Assembly (NCBI GenBank): GCA_051362555.1
Contig: CM120640.1
Coordinates: 2,852,001 to 2,916,000, forward strand
Direction of reading: 5' to 3'
From: Lingula anatina
Taxonomy: Eukaryota; Animalia; Brachiopoda
Length of the DNA: 64,000 nt
The translations under genes were made by a program, and so were the position numbers. Positions within the stretch are counted from its first letter, which is position 1; each line of letters begins with the position of its first letter. Shown here in pieces: positions 52,993-64,000 of this stretch. The notes beneath the pieces are model-generated. The model made no database searches and was not told where the DNA came from. It worked only from the letters and a program-made list of their open reading frames with translations.

Positions 52993-55900
52993 GGAGGGGG
53001 GGTGTGGAAGCTACTTTCTCCTACTCCTAAATCAATTCTCTCAATTTGTTCATATTTTGGAGGAAGTTGTGAGGTGATATGGTGTAAAATGCACTGACAA
53101 GATAGTTATGAATCATATAATAACAATTAGGTACACTTTCGATAAACTTTTATTTTAAGGGTTCCACTGACTTATATTCTATACTGGGGAATAAAAGAAG
53201 CTTTGCAGGATAAAAAGGTGGTGGTGGTGGTGGTGGTGGTGGTTGGGGGGGAAGTATTTAAAATGTGTGAGAATTTCCTGTGTTAAAACTGCATTTTCAT
53301 GCTAAGTGATAATAAAAGAAAAGCATGAAGCATTCAAATACCTGTGACCATCACAACCCTTATGTTAGCTGCCTTGAGTTGTCTTATTACAGGAGTAGTC
53401 TCTGGTTTTAAACTGTTCTGCATAATTATCAGACCTAGGAATGTCAGCTCACACTCTACAGTTTCCCTGTAAGTATATGCATATGCATATGCTTATGTAT
53501 ATAATTATCAAGATACTGACAATAAATTCTATAAAATACATACCAACTGAATATATTTCATGAAAAATGTTTGAATGCTGTTTAACTCCATCACTCCAGA
53601 TTTAACATGTGGTATTATCTTTAAAAAATGTTTAAATTTCCTCAACCAACTATTTAACATGCCACACAGCTGTTTCTAGAAACAATGAGGTACCTTTGTA
53701 TTCTTGAAGCACGATGCCAGGTCAAGGCAGGGTCCAGTGGCTTCCAGGCAACCGCTATCACACGGAATCCTTTCATAGTATAACGTTGTAAAACATAATG
53801 GAAATCACAAGGCACTAGAAAAAAGCATGATGTATTTGGCATTGGAAAACTCCTTGCATTTTCAGACAATTGCCTGGTTTTTCCTTCCTGGCAATCATTC
53901 TATTGGCCTGATATTTATAATGAGATGCTATATAGAGCGAGTAATTTTAATTGATTTCCATAAGTTTTTATTAGACTTTTGAGACAATGAACAGATGTGA
54001 AAATAAAATGAAAAAGATAATATCTAATGAATTATCTTTTTTAGATGATGATCAAAATATATCATTATGTCAAGGTCAGCATAAAAATGTACCTGAATAA
54101 ATAAATATATTCAGCAAACCTGAAGTCAGACCCAGTGATTTTAAATAAATAAATAAATAAATAAAGCTTACATGACTCTACATTGCAGAGGTGCGCTACT
54201 TTCTCTGGTGACCCTTTGCAATACAGGTCCATGTGGGAACTTCCCAAAGTTCTGGTGATCACACTCATACGCTGCAGGTCTGAGGTAAATACAAACTGAC
54301 GCACAATACCAATTTCATATGGCAGCTGGAAACAGAAGGTTTTTAATAATCTTGAAAATCAAGACAATGAAAATGAAGGTAATGTACGTAACACATGCTG
54401 CATTTAGCCACGAGAACTTACAATAAAAATCAAGTCATATCAGGAGCTCTTCTTTACCATCAAATTATTGAATTAATTATCAATACATATAACCCTTAAA
54501 TAACCTTTTTACCATTTTCTGGTCATAAGCAGAGAAATAAGTCTCTTTATTGCAGGGTTTTACAATGGTAGGCACCATCATGTCAAATCTACTGGTGTCT
54601 TGTCCTGGTTCTTCTAATAGCTGCAAAATAAGAAAAAAGGTTAACATTTACCATGAAGATAAAAGAAAGGATACCAAACTTAAGCATTTGATACATCAAT
54701 AATCAACCATGGACATTTATGTTATATTACTTTGTCTGACACACAACAAAAGTTTTGACTCCAAAGATTTTGTAACATCCCTGAAATAATTTATTTAAAA
54801 TCATGGTTCAAATTAACAGATTCACAAATGAGATGGGTCAGGACTAAAACCATATGTACCGCCCGCGCCGCGCTGGTGGTACAATAAACATCATTTACCC
54901 AGTTTGTAGACTCAAACATCTTCAAGTCAAGTGGATCTCCTTTCAGTTCTCCTTCTATCATGGTGAGTGAGTGACAGGTTGCCATGGCAGCCAGAAATGG
55001 ACCAGTGGGCAGGTCTGTGGGATGCTGGACTACATGCAGAAACCTGGAATTATTGTTATTTCAATCAATCGATTACAGTGTATTATTGCTTATAAAGAAA
55101 GGTGTCACTTTACACCTAAACCCAATATAGAGGTGTAAATGAGGTCACAAACATGCTCTTAAAAATATTTAGTGCACAGAATACAAACTATGTTTGATTA
55201 TTTAAGGGTCCCACATAAAGAAGTTTGTATCAAAATTTCTCTCTTCTGGAACCATGAATAATAAATAATAATAAATAAATGATAATTCCCAATTATAACC
55301 CAAAAAAAGGAACATAGGTTACTGTTATAAATGGAAAATGTCCAGCTGTGGAGACGTTTACACTTTGAAAATTTAATCATCTGTATAGATCAATTAATTT
55401 TTTTTAGTGACTTTAGTTTGCTTGTCACTGAATATTATAAAAAGGGGAAAATACACCCTACTGATGATAAATAAGCATTAAATAAACTACTGTGCATTAC
55501 TGATCCAAATATTATATCAGAAAAGTCAAACTTTTATGGAATCACAATATATTTTTCAGTCAGCAACAGAAAATCCTGCTTCCCATTGCACCAAGTACTT
55601 GAATCTTTCTGACAATGTTTCTGGGGAGCATATGTTACGTAGTATTAGCCATGGCACAAGAACCCTTGCGTTAGTTTAGATATTTGTAAAAACATCCTTA
55701 CATCATTGCGCCATGGCTAATACTACGTAACAGATGTTCCCCATCACTACAAATTATACTGGAAAGTGATATAAAATTTAAATTACATGGCCCTGAACAT
55801 ACATTACTGGAACATATGTTACCATTTAGGCTCCTTACATAATGTGCAGACATGGTAAAAATTAAATGTAAATGTAAAATTGAGACAGCCATGGAAATTG

Positions 55901-58900
55901 TTCTATACACGTTGTAAAAAAATTGAGTACAATTCTGTATTCATTTCATTTTATTTTTTGATACTTCAGCATGTAAAATGCACCTCTGTATTGGGTTTGG
56001 GGGTAAGTTAAATTTTCTGAATGTTTGGCACTTATGACACTTGTTTTGTTAATTGCTGTGCAGTTTAAAAATCCATTGAAGACAGGCAAAATAAATAACA
56101 AATAAAAATCTGCCAAAGTTTCTAGTTTCTCAGATTTCAAAATATTTCACTGATATCCTAGTTTTTACCTATCCTCCTGTACAGGAACTACACCATAAAG
56201 GTCCAAACCATCTTCAGTTAATGTGCCTGTCTGAAATGACCACAAATTACCGTCAAAATGTCAACTTTATCAAAGATGATAAAAATGACAAAGCATGGCA
56301 AGTGCAAGGCCTTTATTACATATATCCATTCTCATGCTATTTTGAACTTCATGAAGGGTGATTAGTTCAATTTTGGACATACAAAAAATGGAGCAAGCTG
56401 TAAAAAAATTAAATTTATCATCTGAATTCTACAAGTCAAATAAAAAAAAAAAGATCTACCTTGTCAAAGCAAATGCTGTTTAATTTTCCACACATGTTAA
56501 TCCTTGGTGGACTGATACAAAATATGCCTTCCTTCTTGAGGCGATTCTGGGCATATATTGTGCCCACTGTCATGGCGGCTGGTAAAGCCACGGGCACAAC
56601 TATAGTAATGATGTCTAGAGTACGTAATATAATTCTCCTGACAGATTCCTGGTTTGAGAGAAAATTGAAAAAAACAAAACAAAACTATATATGAATAATG
56701 ATATGTATTTATATTAACAATTAATGATATGTAAGATAAATATGAAAATTCATAACTGATATTATTATCATTCAATGGACAAACTTCCCATAAACATGTA
56801 ACAACGATGTAAGACAAGGAAAAACATAAGATTCATACGTATGTAATTTCAGGTCATGATGCAAAAGTACATGTCTATTTCTTGTCAGTTAAGAAACTTA
56901 CCCCTCTTTTAATGAACACATACAGGTTGTAAGCCATACCACATAAGGCAATCAAAAAGAGGATTTGGACAAAGCGGATAGCATCAGTGTAAAACTTGAA
57001 ATCCATTTGTTTGGGATAGAGAATGGCACGGACTAGTCTACCTTTTGAGGTTGAATACCCTACAGAAAAAAAATTTTGAAAATAGCAAAAATATTACATA
57101 ACTGAAATCAAAATTTAAAAATATACACCAGAAGATATAATTATACCATTGGAAAATATTTAAAGTGAGGGAGTTGATAAAAGGACAAAAATATTTCACT
57201 TGACAGCCAGTGTTTTTGAAGTTTAATCAATACACAGTCCACAACCACTGCACTCCCAACTTATACCTTTACAATTTTTCAATTATTTTGTTGGCTCCTG
57301 TGTGTCTCAATATTTATCAAACTCAGCAATTTTTAGCTGCATGACTAGAAAATGGGTATGGTCACTCCCTTACCTGTTCTGACCACCACAGCGGTCACTT
57401 TTCCTGCCCCATAGTATCTGGTCTGGATGACCTGGGTGCCACAGAAAAGGGTGTATCTCTTGTGGACATCATCAGGAGAGAACACTTCATCTGAGTCAGG
57501 CTGGTTTGGAAGGGGAGTCTTGGTCACTGGGACACTCTCACCTTCATAAGGCAAAATAAATTTTTTTTTAATATATAAATTATAAAAACGGGAAATGAGC
57601 AGCTTTGGTTCACTCTTAGTTTGTGAAACATGAAATGGGTAGACTTTAGTGATTACTAACTTCCATTTAAAATGGTTTCTTTACATTAAATAACAGAAAC
57701 AGAACAGCTAAGTGATAGTTTTATGAAAGACAGGTCCTACTAAGGCAACATCAAAGCAATTCTGTTCATGCCTGGTATTGTTGTTACGTACCATTTGTAA
57801 AAGAAATGACTACAACATGGGGATCAAAAACTGAGAGAACTCTTAGCAAATGCATTGGCATTGTGTGCAGAAATGAGGTACACTGTACCTCTACCAACTG
57901 TCAAAACTATCTTTTTAGTTCCTTACCAGTCAACATACTCTCATTGACAATACAGTTCCCAACAAGCAGGACAGCATCACATGACATTGTACAGCCATGT
58001 TTGGGGATCACAATCACATCTCCAGGGACTAGTTGGGTCATTGGGAGGTCTTCAAAAACTGGAATTAAATTTATCAGACTTGGTTACCAATTTAATATGG
58101 ACCATTTCTTAAATAAATTTTATTTTCTTCCATTGATGGTTTACAGGTTCAGTTTATAGATAAAATTCAGGAAACAAATCATCCACCTTAATTCAGCAAT
58201 CAGTCCTTCCATCAGTATATTCATCTGTGCATAGGTCTGGCCAAAAGGGTACTACATAATCTTATGCCATAAATAAAGGCATACAATGTCTGTTAGACCA
58301 TTATATAAAAATAACAATACTGAATTAATAAATAATAAATTGGCTGTACATTTCCATAATTCACAATACTGAAATCCATTTTTAATATCTAATTTTTTTA
58401 ATTCTACCATCACAAGTGAAACCATCTAGTCACTCCCTCCATGACATATCAGGAAATCAACAACAAAAAAGTTTGGTTTTTGGATTACCAATGTTTTTTT
58501 CTTTTTTTTTTTCTGTGTGTGTGTGCACGCACATGTGTGTGTGGTTTATGGAACTCTTATTTGTTTATGGATTGCCTTTCTGTGAATGCTTTCAAAACTA
58601 TAAAAAACAAAATTTTAATACATGTCTTACATTCACTACATGGCCTGAAAGTAAACTGCTACATACACATAACACCAGGGCCCCGTATCTCGAAAGCAAT
58701 ATCACATAGAGGCTACAATGTATTAGATGGGACGAGTATGGGTGAGTTCTGGAATCGAGACGCTTGCGCACAGTCGCACATGCAAGAGCAGCCAGTCTGC
58801 AACAATCACTTCTATGGAGACTTGTCTTGCAGAGATTCGAGAATGGATGAAAGTGAACATGTTGGCTTTAAATGATAGTAAGACTGAGTTGATATGGTTT

Positions 58901-61900
58901 ACATCAAGGTTCAAGGCAAATAGAAAAAATGTAGCAAATGCCAACATTTGCATAGGAGCTGTTCTTATAAAACCATCTAGTTCTGTAAAAGATCTGGGAG
59001 TTACCCTCGATGAAAATGGCACTATGGGCAAGCGTGTATCTGAAGTGTGTAAATCAGCATCTTATGCACTATGGCGCATTGGAAAAATAAGGAAAGTGTT
59101 AGATAACAAAACCACTGAAAAATTAGTACATGCATTTATATCATCAAGATTAGATTACTGCAATAGTCTCCTCTTTGGTATTTGTGACTATCAGATTAAA
59201 AAGTTACAAGTTATTCAAAACTCAGCTGCAAGACTGGTTTGTCAAATTAAGTACAATAGTACACACCATATCACTCCCATTCTGAAAGAATTACACTGGC
59301 TGCCTGTGAAGCAGAGGATTGATTTTAAAGTACTCTGTATTATTTTTAAGGCGATCCATTCACAAGGACCATTATATTTATCTGATCTTATCTGTTTTAA
59401 CTTACCACGGCGGTCCACACATTTTAATACTGAGAATGATTTTATTTTAGAACATTCTGTTTTAGAGAAGGGGTGCCTAAAAAGTTATGGAGATCGTGCT
59501 TTTATAATCTACGCCCCAAGAGTGTGGAATGGTCTACCAAATTTTATTAGGAAAACAGAAGACTTTGACAATTTTAAATCTCTTTTAAAGACCCACTTTT
59601 TTAATTCTGTCTATATCTCTTAGATTTTATTTTAATATATATATGTTTTTTTTTTTTTTTTAATAAGATTGATTTTTAGTAGTGTAAATTTTAAATGGTT
59701 TCCAATGAGAGTTTATGATTAAAATATTGTAGTCATTTTAATGATTTTAGTATATTAGCCATTATTGTAAGGCGCCTTGAGATAGAATGTAAGGCGCCAT
59801 ATAAGAATCTTATTATTATTATTATTATTAATGCACGATGCTTTCGAGATAAGGGGCTCAGGTCCTTAAATTTTCTATTATAATCAAAATCTCATTCAGT
59901 TACAAATCCATAAAAAATAATAATAGTATAAGTTACAACAATAAGAGCTAGATATGTCAACAATAATTAGATTATATACACTAAGAAACAAAAAGAAGAA
60001 AAGAAAAAGAAAAACACCAAAAAAATAAAAATAAAACAAAACAAAACAAAAACAAAAGAAACTATCTTAGACTCATGCATCTTTCCAAAAAAGTGTTGTT
60101 TACAATTTTGCAAAAAAAAAAAAAAAAAAAAAAACAGTGATCTTGATTTTCTGAATTCAAAACATGGAATTTCCACATCCCAACACCAGTAGAAATATTT
60201 CATCATTTAATGCCAAAATGCCTGTTCACAATGCAAATCTGAAACATAAGTTTAGTAGGCCACAGATTTAAAACAAACAAGCTCCTGAACTTGGATGATA
60301 CTAAGAAGGTAAATCTGTCATCACACTTTATGAATATATGTTATAAGATATATAAGTGTGTATTCTGTAGTTAACAGAGCAATAATATTTGATTGAAGTT
60401 ACAGTGTGGATGGCACTATATTTAACATGTTATATGAGTTTTTTGCTCACAGAAATAATTCAGTTCCCAAGTCTGGTAAGTCAAATTGTGAGCAAGCCAT
60501 CAAACTGCCTTCTTAAACTGCCTGTTATTCAAGTTATATACAGAAAGAAAGCAGAAAATACCTATCCAAATAGCATTTTTCCAGGAAATATAAAATGATG
60601 CCTTGTGGTATTCTATAAGTTAGGCTATTTGCAACTATTTGGTGGCATTTGGTTGGGTTCTATGGTGAAATTTTGACTTCTTTAAAAAAGCATTTTCAAT
60701 AATAATGTTGGATGTCTGAGCAGCCAGAAATACACGTTTGCATTCATGTGCATCCGTGCTGGCACGTTCTCTTGCCTCGTGTTGTCTTAAATCCTCCTAA
60801 ATGTATCATTAATTAAACGTGCTTTATTATCTGATATTGTGACAAAATGTCGGGATTCTTAGAAATGTGAAGGCTGTGTTTATTAAGATATCCTGTAAAC
60901 CATTTTAATACAATGTATACCGGTTGCAGCTTTCTAGTTCAGTAAGAGCTATGGATGTGGTATATGTGGCTATGTTTTGCAGGGTAGTACTGAGGAGTTG
61001 GGATGTGGTATATGTGGCTAGGTGTTGTAGGGTAGTACTGAGGAGTTGGGGTGTGGTATATGTGGCTAGGTGTTGCAGGGTAGTACTGAGGAGTTGGGGT
61101 GTGGTATATGTGGCTAGGTGTTGCAGGGTAGTACTGAGGAGTTGGGGTGTGGTATATGTGGCTAGGTGTTGCAGGGTAGTACTGAGGAGTTGGGGTGTGG
61201 TATATGTGGCTAGGTGTTGCAGGGTAGTCCTGAGGAGTTGGGGTGTGGTATATGTGGCTAGGTGTTGCAGGGTAGTCCTGAGGAGTTGGGGTGTGGTATA
61301 TGTGGCTAGGTGTTGTAGGGTAGTACTGAGGAGTTGGGGTGTGGTATATGTGGCTAGGCTAGGTGTTGCAGGGTAGTACTGAGGAGTTGGGGTGTGGTAT
61401 ATGTGGCTAGGCTAGGTGTTGCAGGGTAGTACTGAGGAGTTGGGGTGTGGTATATGTGGCTAGGCTAGGTGTTGTAGGGTAGTACTGAGGAGTTGGGGTG
61501 TGGTATATGTGGCTAGGTGTTGCAGGGTAATACTGAGGAGTTCAGACGGTCACTGTTGTGGGAAAGACATTGTTTTCTTAGCTTAAGATATAAGGGAGTA
61601 AAATTTATGTACTACCCCTCAGTTAGATATTCTTTTTATGAATGAGCTAAGACCTATCAAATTTTAGGTCCTAGATCTCAGTGAGTTTGAATGTCTGATA
61701 CATTTGTGTACATGCTTACCTCCATTGCCTCTGCTAACATGAACCATGCTCTTGTGTGAAGCAACCATATCTCGCAGGATTCTCCTTTGCTGTAATATTT
61801 TATACATGTAAAATTATATAGACCATTTTTATTAATAAACAAGGTGAATGCAGAGGTCAATGTGCTCCTGACAACAGGCATCAATCATGATTTTTGTGGT

Positions 61901-63545
61901 ATAAATTTATTGGTCACGGGCCACCCCTTTCTAAATTAGCTATGGCATACATAAGGTTGTAACAAAAAGCTGTAAAGTGACTATGTCCATAGATTTTTCA
62001 CCAGAATGGAGGTAACTACATGAAATACACTGCATTATTCACACATGCTGACATTTATGTACATATGTCAAAATTATTCTGCTCTTCTTCCCCCCTAAAT
62101 GTTTGTTGATACAGTGAACCTCCCATGAAAACTCTGGAATGATAGTTATTTGTCATGAATAAATTCAAAAGTACAATTCAATATGAAGTGATTGATTGAA
62201 TACAAATTGTCCCATATAATGTCACCAACATTTCAGGTGCCATGACAGATGCACAGGTATAAGGAAATTAAGACCTATCAAAGAAAAACAACAAGTTGAA
62301 TGTGTCATCCAGCAGAGCACATTACTGTATTACATTACTATGATAAGTCAAAGTTTTAAGTATGTTTACATGTGTTGTGAATCGTACCATACCTTTTTTG
62401 TTTCATAAAGTGACATCACAATGGATACCACAGAGATGAGGATAATACATCCAGAGTAGAAATAGTAATCATCACACATCCATAGTATTACACTGAACAG
62501 CTGAAAGATGTAGAAGGGATTCAGCACCTAGAAAAACATTGGAAACGGTGTCTATAAATGAACACATCTATGGTCAAATTGTATAACATACAAACTATGC
62601 AACAAAGTTGTCAAATGGACAGAAAAAAATCATCCATACCCACAGTATCCCACTTAACAGGTGAAAGATATAAAACTGATTCAGCACTTGAAATTATCCA
62701 CACAAAGACAACCAAAACTATAACTCAGATTTTATCAGTTATTTGAATAAATTGTCATTTGAATTAAAAGGAACATCATATTGAAATTAAACAGGTGGGG
62801 GACAGGCACAACATTCATGATTATCTGAAGTGCAAAATAAAATGAACCATTTATTTCACAGCAGTGTTTTGATTTAATTTCTCATCATATCCTGTTAGGT
62901 CTGAACACTACTGACAAGTAGATATGTGTCAGTATTTCAGTATGATTACATGTTCTTACCTCTTCAAAGAGCAAAACAATGTATGACTTCACTTCCACAT
63001 CTATCTCATTTGGGCCATATAAATCCAATCTAAAAGTAAAAAGACAAATAAAAATAGAACCCCTGAGGACAAAACTATCCTCATGTTGTTGTTGTTGTGG
63101 TTTCATCACAAGGTTATGTAAAAATATCTTTAGTTTTAATCACCTTTGGATAAACTGTGTCAAAGACAAACCCCCAATACTAAAGACCCTGAGGATACAT
63201 TATAAAACTAAATTGTTGCAAACCTCAACAATGGCATGCAGTAACACAACATACTTGTGAACAGCACAACTCTGAAACTCAGGGTGCTATGACAGTGATG
63301 TGGTGAATAAGGCATCTATATCACTATGCTGGTAGTACTGAAATCAAGGCTTACTTCTTCCATTGCTCTGTCACACCCAGACCTTTAAAATCTTCATGAA
63401 AAGATGAACATTTTGTGCCCACATCCAATCCACTGCAAAGGATGAATAAAGAATGTTATTTCATACATTAACTATCATCTACCTGTATTTCATCAAATGT
63501 AGAGAAATGCATCATGTAAAATGAAAGAAAACATTAGCTTTGCAG

Positions 63546-63639
<94 letters not shown>

Positions 63640-63828
63640 GCCAACTGAATTTAAGGACTGACAGTATTTGCTATATAAAAAAACACCTACAAGTGAGTAC
63701 ACCTCACATAACTAAAATGTTTATTTCTTACACAAGGATTCTATGTACCATAGTGTCTCAAATTTGCCATTGCTTTGGTTCCATATGTATCTCACGTGTT
63801 GATGAACAAAATAACGGAGGGCTGAACC
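43409..63828 (-). CDS. ATP13A3: P5B-type ATPase (polyamine transporter ATP13A2/ATP13A3-like), 5'-incomplete; 27 exons, ~1039 aa within the window
   Basis: [90 protein letters not shown], terminal WPP; all junctions GT-AG and phase-consistent (3120 nt); the paralogue name is approximate. Confidence 0.93.
43929..44018 (-). CDS. ATP13A3: ATP13A exon (TM10)
   Basis: [30 protein letters not shown]. Confidence 0.85.
44271..44359 (-). CDS. ATP13A3: ATP13A exon (TM9)
   Basis: [29 protein letters not shown]. Confidence 0.85.
44573..44721 (-). CDS. ATP13A3: ATP13A exon (TM8)
   Basis: [35 protein letters not shown]. Confidence 0.9.
45028..47213 (-). mobile_element. Non-autonomous Helentron/HINE-like element, family A, copy 2 (uninterrupted)
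   Basis: Reverse-complement match to 35539-36241 plus 39285-39463: same subTIRs, hairpin, CTAG end and GC microsatellite; 7 core repeats and a 732-bp segment missing from copy 1. Confidence 0.88.
45230..46220. repeat. 146-bp tandem core repeat, ~7 units
   Basis: AATAGTAACTATGGACC at 45299, 45445, 45591, 45737, 45883, 46029, 46175. Confidence 0.97.
47299..47455 (-). CDS. ATP13A3: ATP13A exon (TM7)
   Basis: [50 protein letters not shown](YS); an alternative in-phase donor 6 nt earlier is possible. Confidence 0.88.
47885..47957 (-). CDS. ATP13A3: ATP13A exon (TM6)
   Basis: [24 protein letters not shown]. Confidence 0.92.
48423..48519 (-). CDS. ATP13A3: ATP13A exon (TM5)
   Basis: [32 protein letters not shown]. 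Confidence 0.95.
48813..49029. mobile_element. Second, diverged member of the MITE family at 35216-35430
   Basis: Shared TTACCCCCTT, CAGACATTT.AGCCGG, TGACAG.AAT.TAGTGAGAC and TAGATCGA motifs; boundaries approximate. Confidence 0.55.
49030..49226. repeat. 60-bp tandem repeat x3.3 that duplicates an exon 3' end and its splice donor
   Basis: AGAGGTGAAGGGAGAG at 49031, 49091, 49151, 49211. Confidence 0.95.
49173..49282 (-). CDS. ATP13A3: ATP13A exon (P domain)
   Basis: [37 protein letters not shown]. Confidence 0.95.
49732..49774 (-). CDS. ATP13A3: ATP13A exon (GDGAND)
   Basis: [14 protein letters not shown]. Confidence 0.95.
50465..50544 (-). CDS. ATP13A3: ATP13A exon
   Basis: [27 protein letters not shown]. 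Confidence 0.95.
51909..52016 (-). CDS. ATP13A3: ATP13A exon
   Basis: [36 protein letters not shown]. Confidence 0.9.
52413..52594 (-). CDS. ATP13A3: ATP13A exon (TGDN)
   Basis: [25 protein letters not shown]...EERDK. Confidence 0.93.
53342..53466 (-). CDS. ATP13A3: ATP13A exon
   Basis: [41 protein letters not shown]. Confidence 0.95.
53694..53814 (-). CDS. ATP13A3: ATP13A exon
   Basis: [39 protein letters not shown]. Confidence 0.93.
54172..54325 (-). CDS. ATP13A3: ATP13A exon (N domain)
   Basis: [43 protein letters not shown]. Confidence 0.95.
54513..54620 (-). CDS. ATP13A3: ATP13A exon
   Basis: [36 protein letters not shown]. Confidence 0.88.
54830..54886 (-). mobile_element. Isolated 5' terminus of a family A-related HINE
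   Basis: GGACTAAAACCATATGTACCGCC..GCGCTGGTGGTACAAT matches 47168-47212 and the reverse complement of 35541-35587. Confidence 0.75.
54899..55043 (-). CDS. ATP13A3: ATP13A exon
   Basis: [48 protein letters not shown]. Confidence 0.95.
55623..55742. repeat. Inverted repeat with ~37-bp arms and ~46-bp spacer
   Basis: GGGGAGCATATGTTACGTAGTATTAGCCATGGCACAA versus TTGCGCCATGGCTAATACTACGTAACAGATGTTCCCC. Confidence 0.85.
56169..56230 (-). CDS. ATP13A3: ATP13A exon (TGTLT)
   Basis: [20 protein letters not shown]. Confidence 0.95.
56460..56648 (-). CDS. ATP13A3: ATP13A exon (TM4 to catalytic Asp)
   Basis: [63 protein letters not shown]. Confidence 0.95.
56902..57059 (-). CDS. ATP13A3: ATP13A exon (TM3)
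   Basis: [52 protein letters not shown]. Confidence 0.95.
57374..57541 (-). CDS. ATP13A3: ATP13A exon (A domain)
   Basis: [14 protein letters not shown]...[30 protein letters not shown]. Confidence 0.95.
57927..58058 (-). CDS. ATP13A3: ATP13A exon (A domain)
   Basis: [43 protein letters not shown]. Confidence 0.95.
58679..59858. mobile_element. PIF/Harbinger-type MITE split by a LINE insertion
   Basis: 20-bp TIRs GGCCCCGTATCTCGAAAGCA / TGCTTTCGAGATAAGGGGCT (18/20 match), flanked on both sides by CAG (3-bp CWG target-site duplication). Confidence 0.75.
58785..59830 (+). mobile_element. 5'-truncated non-LTR retrotransposon (L2/CR1 group): C-terminal part of RT ORF2, 3' UTR and (TAT)n tail
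   Basis: [85 protein letters not shown]; 3' GTAAGGCGCCTTGAG..AAGGCGCCATATAA followed by (TAT)n; ORF uninterrupted to 59623. Confidence 0.92.
60951..61541. repeat. 48-bp G-rich minisatellite, ~12 units, in an ATP13A intron
   Basis: Unit GGGGTGTGGTATATGTGGCTAGGTGTTGCAGGGTAGTACTGAGGAGTT; three late units carry an extra CTAGG. Confidence 0.97.
61720..61789 (-). CDS. ATP13A3: ATP13A exon
   Basis: [23 protein letters not shown]. Confidence 0.88.
62393..62527 (-). CDS. ATP13A3: ATP13A exon (TM1-2)
   Basis: [45 protein letters not shown]. Confidence 0.95.
62960..63029 (-). CDS. ATP13A3: ATP13A exon
   Basis: [23 protein letters not shown]. Confidence 0.93.
63355..63432 (-). CDS. ATP13A3: ATP13A exon
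   Basis: [25 protein letters not shown]. Confidence 0.88.
63547..63636. repeat. (TA)n microsatellite, ~45 units
   Basis: Direct reading. Confidence 0.97.
63749..63828 (-). CDS. ATP13A3: ATP13A exon (most 5' exon in the window)
   Basis: [26 protein letters not shown]; CTTACAG acceptor; the gene continues past the window. Confidence 0.85.
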
Positions 63829-64000
63829 CTGTAAGGAGAAATTGACTTCATTTGAAATTTTAGTGATTGAGATTTTTAAAACAAGCTATATTGTATAGAA
63901 TGATCATTTCAATGAAAAATATTACTCATAGTTGATTTTTAGAAATTTGACGTTTACTGTGAATTGTAAAAAAAAGCTAATAATAAACATTTATTATGTT

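Noticed and set aside
58727-59623. 298-aa ORF as a host gene or active reverse transcriptase
   Set aside because: Only the C-terminal part of a LINE ORF2; endonuclease and RT catalytic core are missing
60924-61376. 150-aa repetitive Cys/Arg/Val ORF
   Set aside because: Translation of the 48-bp minisatellite; non-ATG start and later frameshifted by 5-bp insertions
63493-63845. YIYIYI ORFs on both strands
   Set aside because: Produced by the (TA)n microsatellite

Overview
AT-rich, CpG-poor animal genomic DNA with spliceosomal GT-AG introns; the repeat types suggest an invertebrate, possibly a mollusc (inference only). Four intron-containing genes were rebuilt by hand with consistent splice phases. 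(1) A LIM-domain-only/rhombotin gene (+, 21910-25100), with a probable alternative first coding exon 16 kb upstream (5920-6025). (2) An IFTAP/C11orf74 (NWC) homologue (-, 28102-32644), head-to-head with (3) lin-7 (+, 33408-40009). (4) The 3' 27 exons of a P5B ATPase, ATP13A2/3-like (-, 43409-63828, continuing beyond the window). Most ORFs in the six-frame track are spurious. The most striking structure is a triple nest of three unrelated non-autonomous Helentron/HINE-like elements in lin-7 intron 4. A second copy of the outer family lies in an ATP13A intron and carries a 146-bp tandem array packed with nuclear-receptor response elements. Other notable items: a PVALP variant of the P5B TM4 motif, a triplicated exon end/splice donor, an L2 LINE nested in a Harbinger-type MITE, and an SSGYGS degron-like motif in LMO. 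No novel enzymatic system is evident.
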